This document shows, in pieces, positions 9,606 through 20,050 of a stretch of 44,914 bases of DNA. The translations under genes and the position numbers were made by a program. Within the stretch, counting starts at the first letter, position 1. Every line of letters starts with the position of its first letter. The DNA comes from Candidatus Bathyarchaeia archaeon. Lineage in GTDB: Archaea > Thermoproteota > Bathyarchaeia > 40CM-2-53-6. The stretch spans positions 1-44,914 of the forward strand of contig JBEKSC010000023.1 of assembly GCA_049517415.1 (NCBI GenBank). The letters are read 5' to 3'. The notes under the pieces are model-generated. The model saw only the letters and a program-made list of their open reading frames with translations. It searched no databases and was not told the DNA's origin.

Positions 9606-11630
9606 ATGCTGCTGCCTACCAGAATGAGGCGGGTTGAGATCATTGTCCCGCAAAGAAAGTTCGATGACGTCATGCTCTACCTCCGCGAACAGAACGCGAT
9701 TGAACTCCTTGACGTTAAGGAAATGATCAAGGGGTACGGTGGCGGCGTAACCTCAACAACAGTCTCTGATAGACTCTACCGACTTACGACACTTGAATCA
9801 AAAATCAGTTCAATCATCGCAGCACTTCAACTCACATCGCTGCATTCGAAACAAGTTCAAGTGGACCGAAGAATCTCTGATGAGCAAATCGCCGATACCT
9901 AGAAGCGAGTGGCTGTAATCGAACAGCAAGTAACCACACTCACAAACGAATCCCAAACCCTCGAATCATTGATTGCCTACGCAGAACGGCAGCTGCACGC
10001 CAGCATAGAGGAAATCACAAAAATCGAGAACGTAAATTCACCCGAAGGAAGACATAGGCTCGAAGAAATCGTCGCCGGTATCTTCCAGACCCTTAAACCT
10101 TCAGAGATTAAGGTAACTGGGCAGCTTGAAGAAATAGTCCAAGCTAAGGCATTGGAGGACGCCGTTGTCAAGGACATTTCAGATAATGTGGCCAAGATCC
10201 TAGCCAAGAAGCGTGACGAAAAAGCGATCGCTAACACGATCACGCAGACGCTAGGCCTCAAACTGAAGGCCGCGAGTAGAGGCAAACGGTTGGCATATGA
10301 GGACACTAGCAGAATCGAAGAGTCGAAGCGGAGGCTTAGGGAACTCAAAGAGAAGCTTACTGAAATAAGCCGAACCGATGGCGATTTCCTTCTAATCAAC
10401 AGGGAGATTATCGGTGCAGAGAGAGCCTTCGAACAGGCCAAGGCGTACACTGGCAAGACAGAATCGACTTCTATGATTGAAGGGTGGATGCCCGCCTCAA
10501 GAATCAGCACCATCAGATCTGCGCTTTACGAGATGTGCGGCGGGGAAGTGATAATGAAGGATTGGGTGAGTAAGGATGCGCCGACTAATGTCTCGAAGCC
10601 GAAACTCCCAGTGCTTCAGATTTTCGAAAAGTTGACCGTTGGCTTCGGCATCCCAAACAGTGATGAGGTTGACCCCACTGTATTGTGGCTCGTCACCTAC
10701 CCACTCTTTTTCGGATTCATGTTTGGCGATGTGGGTAACGGGTTTGTAGTGATGGTTGTTTCAACCATATTCTGGATCAAGAAGAGGCAGGGGTTGGTTA
10801 TTCCAGACAATGCTTACGGCGGTTTAGGAGGAGTGTTCAACATGATAATTCAAGGAGCGCCATTACTCGTGCTCAGTGGCGGCTCAGCGATCGTTGTAGG
10901 ATTCCTCTACGGGACAGTTTTCGGCAGCGTCGCATGGTTCCGAATGGTCACGGGCCTCCCGGGACCTCTCTGGTTCGAACCTTTCGAAAATATTCGACTG
11001 ATGCTGAGGCTGTCCATTACTATCGGAGTGATCCATATCATGTCAGGCCTATGCTTGGACATATTCAACAAGGCCTACGCTAGGGAATATCGCGAATTGG
11101 TTTCTGGCCCGCTTGTTTGGCTCTGGTTCTACGGCGCATTTGGGATTACGTTGCTTCAATATGGACTGAGATTTCCAAATTACCTCTTCGACTCCAAGAA
11201 CACGGTCGACATCTTCCTTAGGATAGAAGTCCCGCTCATCGCTATGATGGTGCTGAAGCTTTGGGCAGAAGGGTCCATGGGTCTTATGCACGGCTTCGAA
11301 AATCTCTTGTCGTCCCTATCCCACACGATTTCCTATGTTCGAATTCTGGCCATGAAACTGATCGACGACGTCTTCCTCCGGCTCTTCCTAGGAGTTCTAG
11401 TCTTCTTCATGGCTTGGGGCACTGTTGCTGGGACAGCTCTAGGGTACGTGCTTTTCTCAGCCCTAACGATCGTTCTAATACTGATCTTGGAAACAGCTTT
11501 TGTGTTCATGCAGTCGCTTCGACTTCACTGGGTCGAGTGGTTCATGAAATTCTATGGTGGCAACGGTACGGCCTTCAAACCATACGGCGCCGAACGGGCT
11601 CACACGAAGGTGCGCACGGGCGCACAGTAG
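9606..11630 (+). CDS. atpI: A/V-type ATP synthase subunit I (a), interrupted by one in-frame TAG at 9900-9902 (error, pseudogene or readthrough)
   Basis: MLLPTRMRRVEI N-terminus; gcc gat acc TAG aag cga gtg in the same frame; then EVDPT, FFGFMFGDVG, SYVRILA, LRLHWVEW. Confidence 0.88.
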
Positions 11631-11707
11631 CCTACTCTGAAATTGAACTGGCTTCAAAGCCTGATTCCATGTCGTCGGTTAAAGTTTTTGATGTATTGGC
11701 GCTCGTG

Positions 11708-11715
11708 TTTATATG
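11708..11715 (+). promoter_or_regulatory. Candidate TATA box upstream of the TrmB-like gene
   Basis: TTTATATG in the intergenic region. Confidence 0.45.
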
Positions 11716-11780
11716 AGCCTTGTCGCTTCCGTATCAGACAATTCAGGCGAGGCGCATAATCAACGAGCCATACGGGTTCA

Positions 11781-13082
11781 ATCCAAGTACAAGCGGTCAA
11801 CGACATTGTCGCGCAGCTACAGGATTATGGATTAACCCGCAATGAGGCTCGCGTCCTAGTCTTCCTCGCAAAGACCGGGCCCTCAAAAGCCAGTGAAGTG
11901 GCTCGCGCGGTGCAAATCAACCGCACGGAAACTTACAGGACAATACGGAACCTTCAACGTCGTGGACTGGTAGAAGCCACGCTCGAAAGGCCGGTGCGCT
12001 TCCAATCTGTTCCATTTGACAGGTGCCTGCGCATCCTAATCGACGAGAGAAAGACGAGGTTGAGGATTCTCGAGCAACGCGGCGAAGATTTGCGTCGCCA
12101 ATTCGATGATGTGCGCGTCGAACCTGTCAGTCAAGAAGTTGAACGATTTCAGGTAGTGGGAGGAAGGCTTCGAATTGAGCAGCGGTTGCACGGTATGTAC
12201 AGCCAAGCCCAGAAATCGGTCATGACTGTTCTATCACCATCGGAAGTGATACGGGCCGATACGTCAGATTTGTTTGACTTGCTTGGAAACGCAGCGAAGA
12301 ATGGCGTTCGCGTTCGTGTGATTACAGCGATCAATCAAAGCAATTTACAAATTGTAGAGAAGTTTCGCGAGAGGATCGAGATAAGGCATCTCGACCTAAA
12401 GGCGAAACCGATTCCTAGGGTTTCTATAGTCGATGATAGTGAAGCCCTCTTCGAAATTACAACTGTCGACGAGAGCCCGAGAACAGAGGAAGAGGTTGCA
12501 CTATGGATCAACAGCCGCGCCTTCGTGAGAAACCTCCAAGCCTACTTTGAGGAGATGTGGAATTCAGGCACGCCAGCTGAAGGCCGTTTAGAGGCAGTGC
12601 GAAAAGGAATACTCCCTGACGACCTTAGAATATTCAAAGGAAGACCAGAAGTAAGCGGCAAACTCAACGAGATGATCACATCAGCCAACCAGAGCGTTGA
12701 GATATGGACGACGATGAGGGGAATCCAGGCTCTGGCGAACTTCCACTTCGGCCAGCTCAAGGAAGCAAAGGCTCGAGGAGTAAAGATACGCATCATTGCA
12801 CCCATCACAAGCGAGAATACAGAAGGTGCACGCAAGCTCGTACCCGTCTCCGAATTACGTTATTCTGAAGCTCTTGGCCCGGCGGGAATTGCGATTGCGG
12901 ACCAAAGAGAGTTAATGCTGTTCGAGAGACTGCCCGACGACAATAACGCCGAGGTGGGCGCTGACGTGGGTTTCTGGACCAATAGTACCCGCTTCATAGA
13001 AACTATGAGCAGAGCTTACGATGCGTTGTGGAAAGGCGTATTTGCGATTTACACGCCAAAACGCCGCGTGCTGCGTAGCTAG
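11781..13082 (+). CDS. TrmB-family regulator (HTH plus two effector domains); start uncertain
   Basis: Frame is open from 11760 and encodes LQDYGLTRNEARVLVFLAKTGPSKASEVARAVQINRTETYRTIRNLQRRGLV, upstream of the first GTG (11898). Confidence 0.85.
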   Translation: MQVQAVNDIVAQLQDYGLTRNEARVLVFLAKTGPSKASEVARAVQINRTETYRTIRNLQRRGLVEATLERPVRFQSVPFDRCLRILIDERKTRLRILEQRGEDLRRQFDDVRVEPVSQEVERFQVVGGRLRIEQRLHGMYSQAQKSVMTVLSPSEVIRADTSDLFDLLGNAAKNGVRVRVITAINQSNLQIVEKFRERIEIRHLDLKAKPIPRVSIVDDSEALFEITTVDESPRTEEEVALWINSRAFVRNLQAYFEEMWNSGTPAEGRLEAVRKGILPDDLRIFKGRPEVSGKLNEMITSANQSVEIWTTMRGIQALANFHFGQLKEAKARGVKIRIIAPITSENTEGARKLVPVSELRYSEALGPAGIAIADQRELMLFERLPDDNNAEVGADVGFWTNSTRFIETMSRAYDALWKGVFAIYTPKRRVLRS

Positions 13083-13144
13083 ACCATGACCTGTACTCCT
13101 GCGAAACCTAGCGCCTACAATTGGAGCCTTGTCGTTTGCCCAAA

Positions 13145-14005
13145 ATGAGGTTTGGATGCCAGCTTCCCCAAGACCTTGATGACTTCGACCGCCTAGTGGA
13201 CGTGGCGAAAAATTGCGAGAGGCTTGGATATGACAGCCTGTGGGTCTATGACCACCTTTCACCTTTCTGGTCGCGCTCCGGCCGAGTGTTAGAGTGCTGG
13301 ACCACGATGTCGGCAATTGCTGGACGCACGGAGACCGTAAAGGTGGGTAGTTTAGTTACGAACATTGCTCTACGCAATCCGAGTTTGCTGGCCAAAATGT
13401 CGAGCACCGTCGACAACATCAGCGGCGGCCGGCTCATACTCGGCCTTGGAACTGGAGACAAAATGAGTCGTAACGAATTGAACTCTTATGGCTATGGATA
13501 TCCCGGTCTAGAAGAACGAATGGAACGCCTAAAGGAAAGCATCCTCATTCTGAAAGCCCTGTGGACAAAGGATGAAAGCACTTTTCAAGGAAAGCATTAC
13601 AAGATTACAAAGGCAGTAAACGTTCCTAAACCAAAACAACACCCCCATCCTCCAATCTGGATTGGAGGAAAGCATCTCAGGATTTTGGATATTGTTGCAG
13701 AGTTTGCTGACGGATGGAACTATTGGGGCCTTCGTAAGGATGAGTTGGAACGACGCAGCACTTATCTCGCTAAGAAGTGCGCCGAATTCGGGCGTAATCC
13801 AAGCAGTATCGTCAAATCATGGTCTGGAACATATCGGCAACTTGCTCAGCCAACAAGGAACTATTCAGAAATGGTGGAAAACATGTCTAGGAACTTGCGG
13901 GATCAGACTGACCCGGAGACGAGTTATTTCATTGCATATTTTGACTCTCGGGCCGAACATGAGAGTTATCAAGCCTTCGCTGATGCCGTGAAGAGTTTGG
14001 ATTAG
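13145..14005 (+). CDS. LLM-class flavin/F420-dependent oxidoreductase
   Basis: GYDSLWVYDH, RNPSLLAKMSSTVDNISGGRLILGLGTG, PPIWIGG, ADGWN; ATG 13145 preferred over TTG 13121. Confidence 0.92.
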   Translation: MRFGCQLPQDLDDFDRLVDVAKNCERLGYDSLWVYDHLSPFWSRSGRVLECWTTMSAIAGRTETVKVGSLVTNIALRNPSLLAKMSSTVDNISGGRLILGLGTGDKMSRNELNSYGYGYPGLEERMERLKESILILKALWTKDESTFQGKHYKITKAVNVPKPKQHPHPPIWIGGKHLRILDIVAEFADGWNYWGLRKDELERRSTYLAKKCAEFGRNPSSIVKSWSGTYRQLAQPTRNYSEMVENMSRNLRDQTDPETSYFIAYFDSRAEHESYQAFADAVKSLD

Positions 14006-14012
14006 AATACCC

Positions 14013-14732
14013 ATGCACTCCTTAGATCATCATAGAATAAAGACACGTCAAGTTACGTTGGCCGCGTCCTTTGCCGCAGTCTACTTCGTGCTTCGGACTA
14101 TCCCCACTTTTCAAATGGTCGGTATATCCGGCCGATTCAGTGCAGCCGATTTCCTGCTGACTACGATTGCCATGCTGTGCGGCTTATGGGGCGGCGTACT
14201 TTCCGTGGTGATTGGGACGACCTTGGCTTACGGCTTAAGGCCCCCTATCTTCTTCGGCCTAGATTTCCTACCCGCTGTCGCGGACGTAGCGATAGCTGCC
14301 CTTCTGCTCAAAGGGCGCTATAGAACAGCGCGGGGCATTTATGTCGCAATCTTTTTCGCGTTTGTACTTAGCCCCTACAGCCTGTTGTTTGGCTACGGGT
14401 ATGTGCCTTACACGTGGCTTCATATTGTTGCACTAATCGTTCTCCTATCACCAATAGCGGCCAAGGTTCCTGCTTGGTTGAGTGGCCATGGTTACCGGCA
14501 GATAGTCGCCATAGGCACGTTGGCCTTTGTGGGAACAATGGCACAACACCTCGTAGGAGGGCTTCTTTACGAATTAGCAGTCGGAGTGGTTGGGGGAGTT
14601 AGCCCATCTAGTTTGGCCCTTTCGTGGCGCATCATTTTCTTGGCTTACCCAATCGAACGACTCCTCACGGTGGCCTTTTCAACGATCGTAGCGCTTGCCG
14701 TGCAGCGTTCCCTCAAGAAATGGATGCCCTAG
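14013..14732 (+). CDS. ECF-transporter S-component-like membrane protein
   Basis: About 7 hydrophobic segments; AASFAAVY, GTMAQHLVG, YPIER. Confidence 0.6.
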   Translation: MHSLDHHRIKTRQVTLAASFAAVYFVLRTIPTFQMVGISGRFSAADFLLTTIAMLCGLWGGVLSVVIGTTLAYGLRPPIFFGLDFLPAVADVAIAALLLKGRYRTARGIYVAIFFAFVLSPYSLLFGYGYVPYTWLHIVALIVLLSPIAAKVPAWLSGHGYRQIVAIGTLAFVGTMAQHLVGGLLYELAVGVVGGVSPSSLALSWRIIFLAYPIERLLTVAFSTIVALAVQRSLKKWMP

Positions 14733-14772
14733 CTTCATTCGCCTCATAGCGAAAATGGCGATAGCTTGGAGT

Positions 14773-15885
14773 TCAGCCGATTTCTTTCAGTTTGGCTGGC
14801 AAATATTTGTCTACGATGTAGGCCAACCCGTATCGGCTGAAAGCTTCTTGTTCTGCTTTTTTCTTAACTTTCAGGAATGTTGCAATTTCATCTTTCCATA
14901 GCTTTCCGTTATACCTAGGGTCCTTCTCAAGTTCATAGAGCCTCTTTATGTCGAGGTCTGTTAGAGGGTCGCTTGGAAGTTTGTAATCTACAATGTCAGA
15001 GGCCCACACCCCCGCCCATTTGGCGTCTGGAGTGTTTAGTTCCCGAAGGTGGGCGGCGTTTGCTGAGCCGGATATAATGACATTGGCTATGTGCATTCCC
15101 CAGGGGTCTGCGTCGCAGAAAATGTACACTGGGAGCCCCAATTCTTTGTTCAATCTTCGAAGGAGCGCTCGTGTTGCGCGCGGTGCCTGGCCTGCAGTGT
15201 GAATCAATAAAGCCTTGTACTTCTCGTGAACCCTCTCCTCAATAAAACGTGTGAAGAGCCCGCCTTTCTCGATAGCAATAATCTTGTCAGCTTTACAATC
15301 AGCAAATTCTGCGTTCGTAAGCGCCGGCCCGATCATCATCCCGTCTGGGTGCGACGATAGGTTGAGCTCCTTACCTTCATATCCGCGAACTGTATACTGG
15401 ATGGTTAGATCGCCGAAGATTGCGCTACGCTCCTCAGGAAATACGTTAAAGTCCTCTCTAGAGTACCCAAGAACTGTTTCAAGGTCAGTAATTATATCGT
15501 CACTTTCCGCTTGATCTGCGAAGCTCATTTCGTAAGCTTGCGCTGAGTAGAATACGTCTCTCAATGTTGAGGTCTTCCCTTCGCGTGCCAGTTCGTCAAC
15601 GAAGGACCCGGTCCAGACGAGCTGCGTTAGTGGCCTGACATGCCTTATGTTTCGGGCGCTACGCCTCACGTAATGCTCGCCGAGCACGTATTGCCGGGTT
15701 TTTTCATCGTAGCGTATGTTCTTTATCGACCGGCTAGGCATTCGGACCGAGGGCCATTGCTTCTGGGAGAGTTGCGAGTAGATTTGTCCACCCAAAGTCT
15801 TGAGGCTGTCTAATACCAAGCCTCTTCGTTGCTCGACTCGACTAGACTTGCTCTCCTTGGTCGTCTTCACTTTCTTCTTTTTCAT
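14773..15885 (-). CDS. top6A: DNA topoisomerase VI subunit A
   Basis: TLRDVFY (catalytic Tyr), AIEK, GQAPRATR, DADPWG, KAEQEA. Confidence 0.97.
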   Translation of the reverse strand: MKKKKVKTTKESKSSRVEQRRGLVLDSLKTLGGQIYSQLSQKQWPSVRMPSRSIKNIRYDEKTRQYVLGEHYVRRSARNIRHVRPLTQLVWTGSFVDELAREGKTSTLRDVFYSAQAYEMSFADQAESDDIITDLETVLGYSREDFNVFPEERSAIFGDLTIQYTVRGYEGKELNLSSHPDGMMIGPALTNAEFADCKADKIIAIEKGGLFTRFIEERVHEKYKALLIHTAGQAPRATRALLRRLNKELGLPVYIFCDADPWGMHIANVIISGSANAAHLRELNTPDAKWAGVWASDIVDYKLPSDPLTDLDIKRLYELEKDPRYNGKLWKDEIATFLKVKKKAEQEAFSRYGLAYIVDKYLPAKLKEIG

Positions 15886-17395
15886 ACCTCAAAACACTCC
15901 TGAGTAACGGCGAAACATCTGGGGGCTTATCCTTCTTAGCAAGCTTGGCCGAGAAAGAAGCGATCTTTGGAAGGTATTTCTGGAACACGTCAAGCCTGTG
16001 CTTGTCGTGTGCTAAGTGAATCTTTTTCGAAAGGAATAACGAGAGTCTACGGGCGACCTCACGAACTGCGTTAAGCACTTCACGTTCCACGTCGGGGCGA
16101 TCGGCGATGAATTCCTTGCCCACAGTTTTGTACGGTACCTTCGTGGAACAAATGTGAACGAAAACCGCTATCGGCATCTCAGGCGAGGCTTTGTAGTGCC
16201 GCCAGTCAACCTCTGTGTTTACAACTTTCCATGATACGTCACTCGCCTCGTCGAAGAGCAACGGAATCTTATTGGCGAATCTGAAAAGCTTGATTCCTCC
16301 ACCGGCCTCAATTTGCCCGCCGTAGGCTATGCCCACTTCAACAATGAATGGGAAACCGGAGTAGGCTGATGGTTTTCTTTGATAAACGGCTACGAATTCG
16401 GGAGCGAGTTCCTTCTTGATTCCGGCTTCAAGCAATTCTTCCCCAAGCGGTGACAGGCAACTTGCATCTGGGGCTAGGAACTTGTAGTTTTTCATTGCGT
16501 TTACGATTTTGACGATCTCTTCAGGTGTCAGTTTCTTCGGGTTTTTCTTGGCAGGGATGTCTACTTGTGTCAGGAATGAAGTGGCGATTGTGCGACCGAC
16601 TCTGTGAAAGTGAGTTTTCATGAAACCGACGAGCGTATGTTCCTTAGTTAATTCGATAAGGCGCGTCATCGTTTCGACGTCGACGCCGTACGGGTGTGGT
16701 AGGGTTTCTTGCGGCGGTTTTGGCATTTGTACTGTGCCACGATCGAACCTGTAGAGCCTGCCCCTCGGGTCCACGTAAGTTATAGTTGCGTATGGAGCGA
16801 CGATCGCGGTTGCCATTAGATAGTCGAGAATCTTGGACATCGCACGGGTGTAGTCTGCTTCGGTGGAGAATTCGATAACGGCCCCGTGCCAATGACTATC
16901 GTTTGGGTGCGTCTTGTGCTTGACAATGACTGGTTTGTTCTTTTGGATGTCAATCATCAGATCGTATTGGTGTATCTTTGTTCGACCAGTGCTGGACATT
17001 ATGGTTGCTGTGCCGTGGGTCGTGATCTGTCCGTAAAGTATGGCCATCTTGCCGCCCAACCCGAAGGTTCCTCGGGTCTGTCGAAGCTTGTACTTGGATC
17101 CGAAGAGAACTTGGCCGAAGGCGGAGGGTATGATATCGTGAGGTATCCCAATGCCGTTGTCTTCAATGTGGACCCTATAGACGCCCGGCCCATCTGTCGG
17201 ACCCGATTCGTGCGATACTCGCAGATAGATGTCAGGAGGAATTTCGCGTGTTTCGCAGGCGTCGAGTGAATTTTCGAGTAACTCACGGATAGTAGAGTAG
17301 ATAGCCCTCGTTGGGTTCGTGAATCCTGCGATGTCCCGGTTACGGTAGAAGAAATCTGCCGCCGATATTTCCTGGAATACTTCTTGAACGACCAT
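15842..17395 (-). CDS. top6B: DNA topoisomerase VI subunit B
   Basis: ELLENSLDA, EDNGIG, FGSKY...RGTFGLG, RFANKIPLL; ATG 17395 preferred. Confidence 0.97.
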   Translation of the reverse strand: MVVQEVFQEISAADFFYRNRDIAGFTNPTRAIYSTIRELLENSLDACETREIPPDIYLRVSHESGPTDGPGVYRVHIEDNGIGIPHDIIPSAFGQVLFGSKYKLRQTRGTFGLGGKMAILYGQITTHGTATIMSSTGRTKIHQYDLMIDIQKNKPVIVKHKTHPNDSHWHGAVIEFSTEADYTRAMSKILDYLMATAIVAPYATITYVDPRGRLYRFDRGTVQMPKPPQETLPHPYGVDVETMTRLIELTKEHTLVGFMKTHFHRVGRTIATSFLTQVDIPAKKNPKKLTPEEIVKIVNAMKNYKFLAPDASCLSPLGEELLEAGIKKELAPEFVAVYQRKPSAYSGFPFIVEVGIAYGGQIEAGGGIKLFRFANKIPLLFDEASDVSWKVVNTEVDWRHYKASPEMPIAVFVHICSTKVPYKTVGKEFIADRPDVEREVLNAVREVARRLSLFLSKKIHLAHDKHRLDVFQKYLPKIASFSAKLAKKDKPPDVSPLLRSVLRYEKEESEDDQGEQV

Positions 17396-17452
17396 CAGGG
17401 TTCGCCTATCTTGTTGAAGGTGGGGCATAAAGCTGATGATGGTTGCTCCGCA

Positions 17453-18025
17453 TCACGTAGGCGGTTTCTCCCATAGCTCAAGGGTTTCTCTTTTCTTGCT
17501 CTCGCTCTTTATCTTTCTAAGCAGTTTGTACACAGTGGAATGCTGTTTACCTTTGAGTAATAGTTCAATTGCTTCCCTCGCAGCAGTCACGTCCTCATAT
17601 TCGCCGATCGTAGAAATAGTATGACCGTAGACCGAAACTTTCGCATCGGTCATTTCCTCTATTAACCTGCGAATCTTGCCTTCACGCCCAATCACCCGGC
17701 CCTTTAACCTCGCAATATCGTTTTCATTTCTTCCGAACATTTCCCTTAGGTCGATGATATCTAGAACGATGTCGTCATCGACAAGTTCCATAGCTCTTTC
17801 TGGGGAAAAGCCACGCCCAATCGCGAGAACCACATCGCGGGCACGAAGGATGGTGGTCGGGTCGTCCGAATCTTCTCTGGGAACGATTTCTACGACGCCG
17901 CCTTGGCTTTGGATTAGCAAGCGTGCTTTGAACGCGTCTTCAATCTTGCTTTTGGTGGAACCTTCTTTTCCGATGAGCACACCCATGCGCTCGAAGGGGA
18001 TCGTTGTGCTAATTCGTGTCGACAT
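17453..18025 (-). CDS. KH-domain rRNA-processing protein (Dim2/Pno1-like)
   Basis: LIGKEG, AIGRGFSPE, KGRVIGREG, GKQHSTVY. Confidence 0.93.
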   Translation of the reverse strand: MSTRISTTIPFERMGVLIGKEGSTKSKIEDAFKARLLIQSQGGVVEIVPREDSDDPTTILRARDVVLAIGRGFSPERAMELVDDDIVLDIIDLREMFGRNENDIARLKGRVIGREGKIRRLIEEMTDAKVSVYGHTISTIGEYEDVTAAREAIELLLKGKQHSTVYKLLRKIKSESKKRETLELWEKPPT

Positions 18026-18806
18026 CTTCGCCTGTCACCCACTTCGTCAATCTCTCGATGGGTGGTACGGTCACACCGATTCGGGAGAAATATGTGTTCA
18101 TGCGAACCAAGTCCCTCTCAAGAAAGTTGCGGGCCATTGGGTGTTCCGGAGGAACGGCTTGGGCAAAGTCAAAGATTACCGGTTCGAGGTCAACTAGCAT
18201 TATGTTATATTCACTTAGGTCGCCGTGTACGAGTCGCGCCTTTTGGTAGAGCGTTCTCACAGCTCCAACAATCTTGTCGTAGACTCGTGCTGGGTGGTCA
18301 AGCGGAGTTTCTCTTAGCAGCGGAGCGGGGTTTCCGTTTCTTCCGATAAATTCCATTAGCAGCACGTTTCCCTCAACCTTCAATGGGACCGGCACTCGGA
18401 CGCCCGCGTCTCGCGCTTGTTGTAGGTTCCTGAATTCCTTCAGGGCCCAAAGGTTGACGAGCGACCTTGTATCCTTTCTAGTGTTCTTGAACCTTTCATC
18501 GCCTTTTATGTACATCATCCTCCCGCTGACGAATTCCGCTGATGTTGTCAAGAAGATCTTAATCGCCACTAATTTTCTTCTTCGACCTACTCCCCAATAC
18601 AGGCGCGATTCTTTGCCCGAGCGCACTACCCCATTGATGTTTGAGATATATCCTCGGTTTAACAGGCGATATACTATCATCAGCGTCGATTTGTCGAAAA
18701 CTTCTTCGAGAGATTCCATTTCCTCGCTACGTTTCTCTCTCATTAGCCGCTTTTCCTCGTAGTGTGCAACCTTACGTCGTAGCTTCCGCTCGGCTAAGGA
18801 CTCCAC
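18009..18806 (-). CDS. rio1: RIO1-family serine kinase
   Basis: EEVFD, SGKES, WALKEFRNL, LVHGDLSEYN. Confidence 0.95.
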   Translation of the reverse strand: MESLAERKLRRKVAHYEEKRLMREKRSEEMESLEEVFDKSTLMIVYRLLNRGYISNINGVVRSGKESRLYWGVGRRRKLVAIKIFLTTSAEFVSGRMMYIKGDERFKNTRKDTRSLVNLWALKEFRNLQQARDAGVRVPVPLKVEGNVLLMEFIGRNGNPAPLLRETPLDHPARVYDKIVGAVRTLYQKARLVHGDLSEYNIMLVDLEPVIFDFAQAVPPEHPMARNFLERDLVRMNTYFSRIGVTVPPIERLTKWVTGEDVDTN

Positions 18807-18838
18807 TTACACCACCAAACAAGCTCATCTAATGATGG

Positions 18839-19144
18839 CTAGACAGCTAGACGGCCTTGGCTCCTTAGCCAATTAGATTGGCTTTCCGTGTACCGCCAGA
18901 GGATGTCGCCCCTCGAGTCGGTTTGAAAATCCCATGGGGCAACCAAGACCGTGTCGTTGACTTTGATCCAGACTCGGCGCTTCATCTTGCCGCGGATACG
19001 GCACACTCTTTCGTGGCCATCTCCACATTTGACCATGAGCCGATCGTAGCCCAGCATCTGGGTTACAATCCCGAGCAGTTGCCCCTCATCGGGCATGACC
19101 ATTTCCCGGAGTTCCCCTTCACTCAGAACCTTCTTTTTACCCAC
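18839..19144 (-). CDS. eif1a: Translation initiation factor aIF-1A
   Basis: CRIRGKMKRRVWI, PWDFQ, RGDILWRY. Confidence 0.96.
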   Translation of the reverse strand: MGKKKVLSEGELREMVMPDEGQLLGIVTQMLGYDRLMVKCGDGHERVCRIRGKMKRRVWIKVNDTVLVAPWDFQTDSRGDILWRYTESQSNWLRSQGRLAV

Positions 19145-19234
19145 ACTCTTCCACCGAAGTTACGTCGCGATAATAATTCGACCAGCCTAAATAAGGATAT
19201 TAGACGTTTGCCAGCGTTTCCCTTTCAGCGTAAT

Positions 19235-19534
19235 TCACATGCGAACCATTTGGACGTGCGGAACGCCGCCGATATGGACGATTGCGGAAGGGCTTACGAA
19301 TCCCTTCTGAACTGCAGCTTCGACTATGCCCTCACCGACGAGGTTGGCTATGTCAGCCGCACCAATCGCCTGAAGAGCGTCGTGGATATTGGTGGAAACG
19401 CCCCTGTAGAAATCTACCTTTACTTCTAGCCTCAACTTTCCCTCGCGAAAGGTTGCCCCGAGTAGTTCGGAATCGCAAGCGGCTACGAGAGTATACTTTG
19501 CGTCCTTGAAAACACGGAGATAAACCTGATTCAT
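19235..19534 (-). CDS. DUF424-family protein
   Basis: LVAACDSELLG, FYRG, IANLVG, IGGVPHVQ; ATG 19534 avoids overlap with aIF-2beta. Confidence 0.88.
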   Translation of the reverse strand: MNQVYLRVFKDAKYTLVAACDSELLGATFREGKLRLEVKVDFYRGVSTNIHDALQAIGAADIANLVGEGIVEAAVQKGFVSPSAIVHIGGVPHVQMVRM

Positions 19535-19550
19535 GTGGGGGCACACTTTC

Positions 19551-19961
19551 TCAGACTGGAAGGATGGAAGACTTCGCGCCGCAGGCTTCACAGCGGAGGA
19601 AAAGGTACCGCCCTTCTTTCTCAATCTTCGTGTCAGGCCGATTGCATATGGGGCAGATTACATACCGCTGGGCGTAAATGTTGAGAAGCCGCGTCACGGT
19701 TCCTACATCGAACCTGCCTTGGAATATCGCCCTCGCGCCATCCAGGGATGCAGCAGTCGCGAGTTCTCTGGATAGAAACTTGAGCAAATGGTGAGGCTCA
19801 CGATTGATCTTGCTGCTTATATCACCAAAATTCTGAATAATGGTCCTCCTACCCATCCGTATACCAACGACTCTCGGTATCTCGAACCTTTCCCCCGTTC
19901 CAACCGCCTTAGGCAGGTTGGCATAGGCTCGTTCAAGTAGCTTGTTGTAATCTCCGCTCAA
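19551..19961 (-). CDS. eif2b: Translation initiation factor aIF-2 beta
   Basis: ERFEIP, TIIQNF, ELAT, YVICPICNRPDT...CEACGA. Confidence 0.96.
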   Translation of the reverse strand: MSGDYNKLLERAYANLPKAVGTGERFEIPRVVGIRMGRRTIIQNFGDISSKINREPHHLLKFLSRELATAASLDGARAIFQGRFDVGTVTRLLNIYAQRYVICPICNRPDTKIEKEGRYLFLRCEACGAKSSILPV

Positions 19962-20050
19962 GGTTGATTTCCAGCAGTAGATTACGAATAGCCATATTTC
20001 TTCGTTCCCCTTTGGGAAAGAAATGTTAATGTGGTTACGGGGAGGCTAGC

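Noticed and set aside
14773..19961. top6AB-KH-RIO1-aIF1A-DUF424-aIF2beta cluster as a novel system
   Set aside because: A known, conserved archaeal housekeeping neighbourhood.
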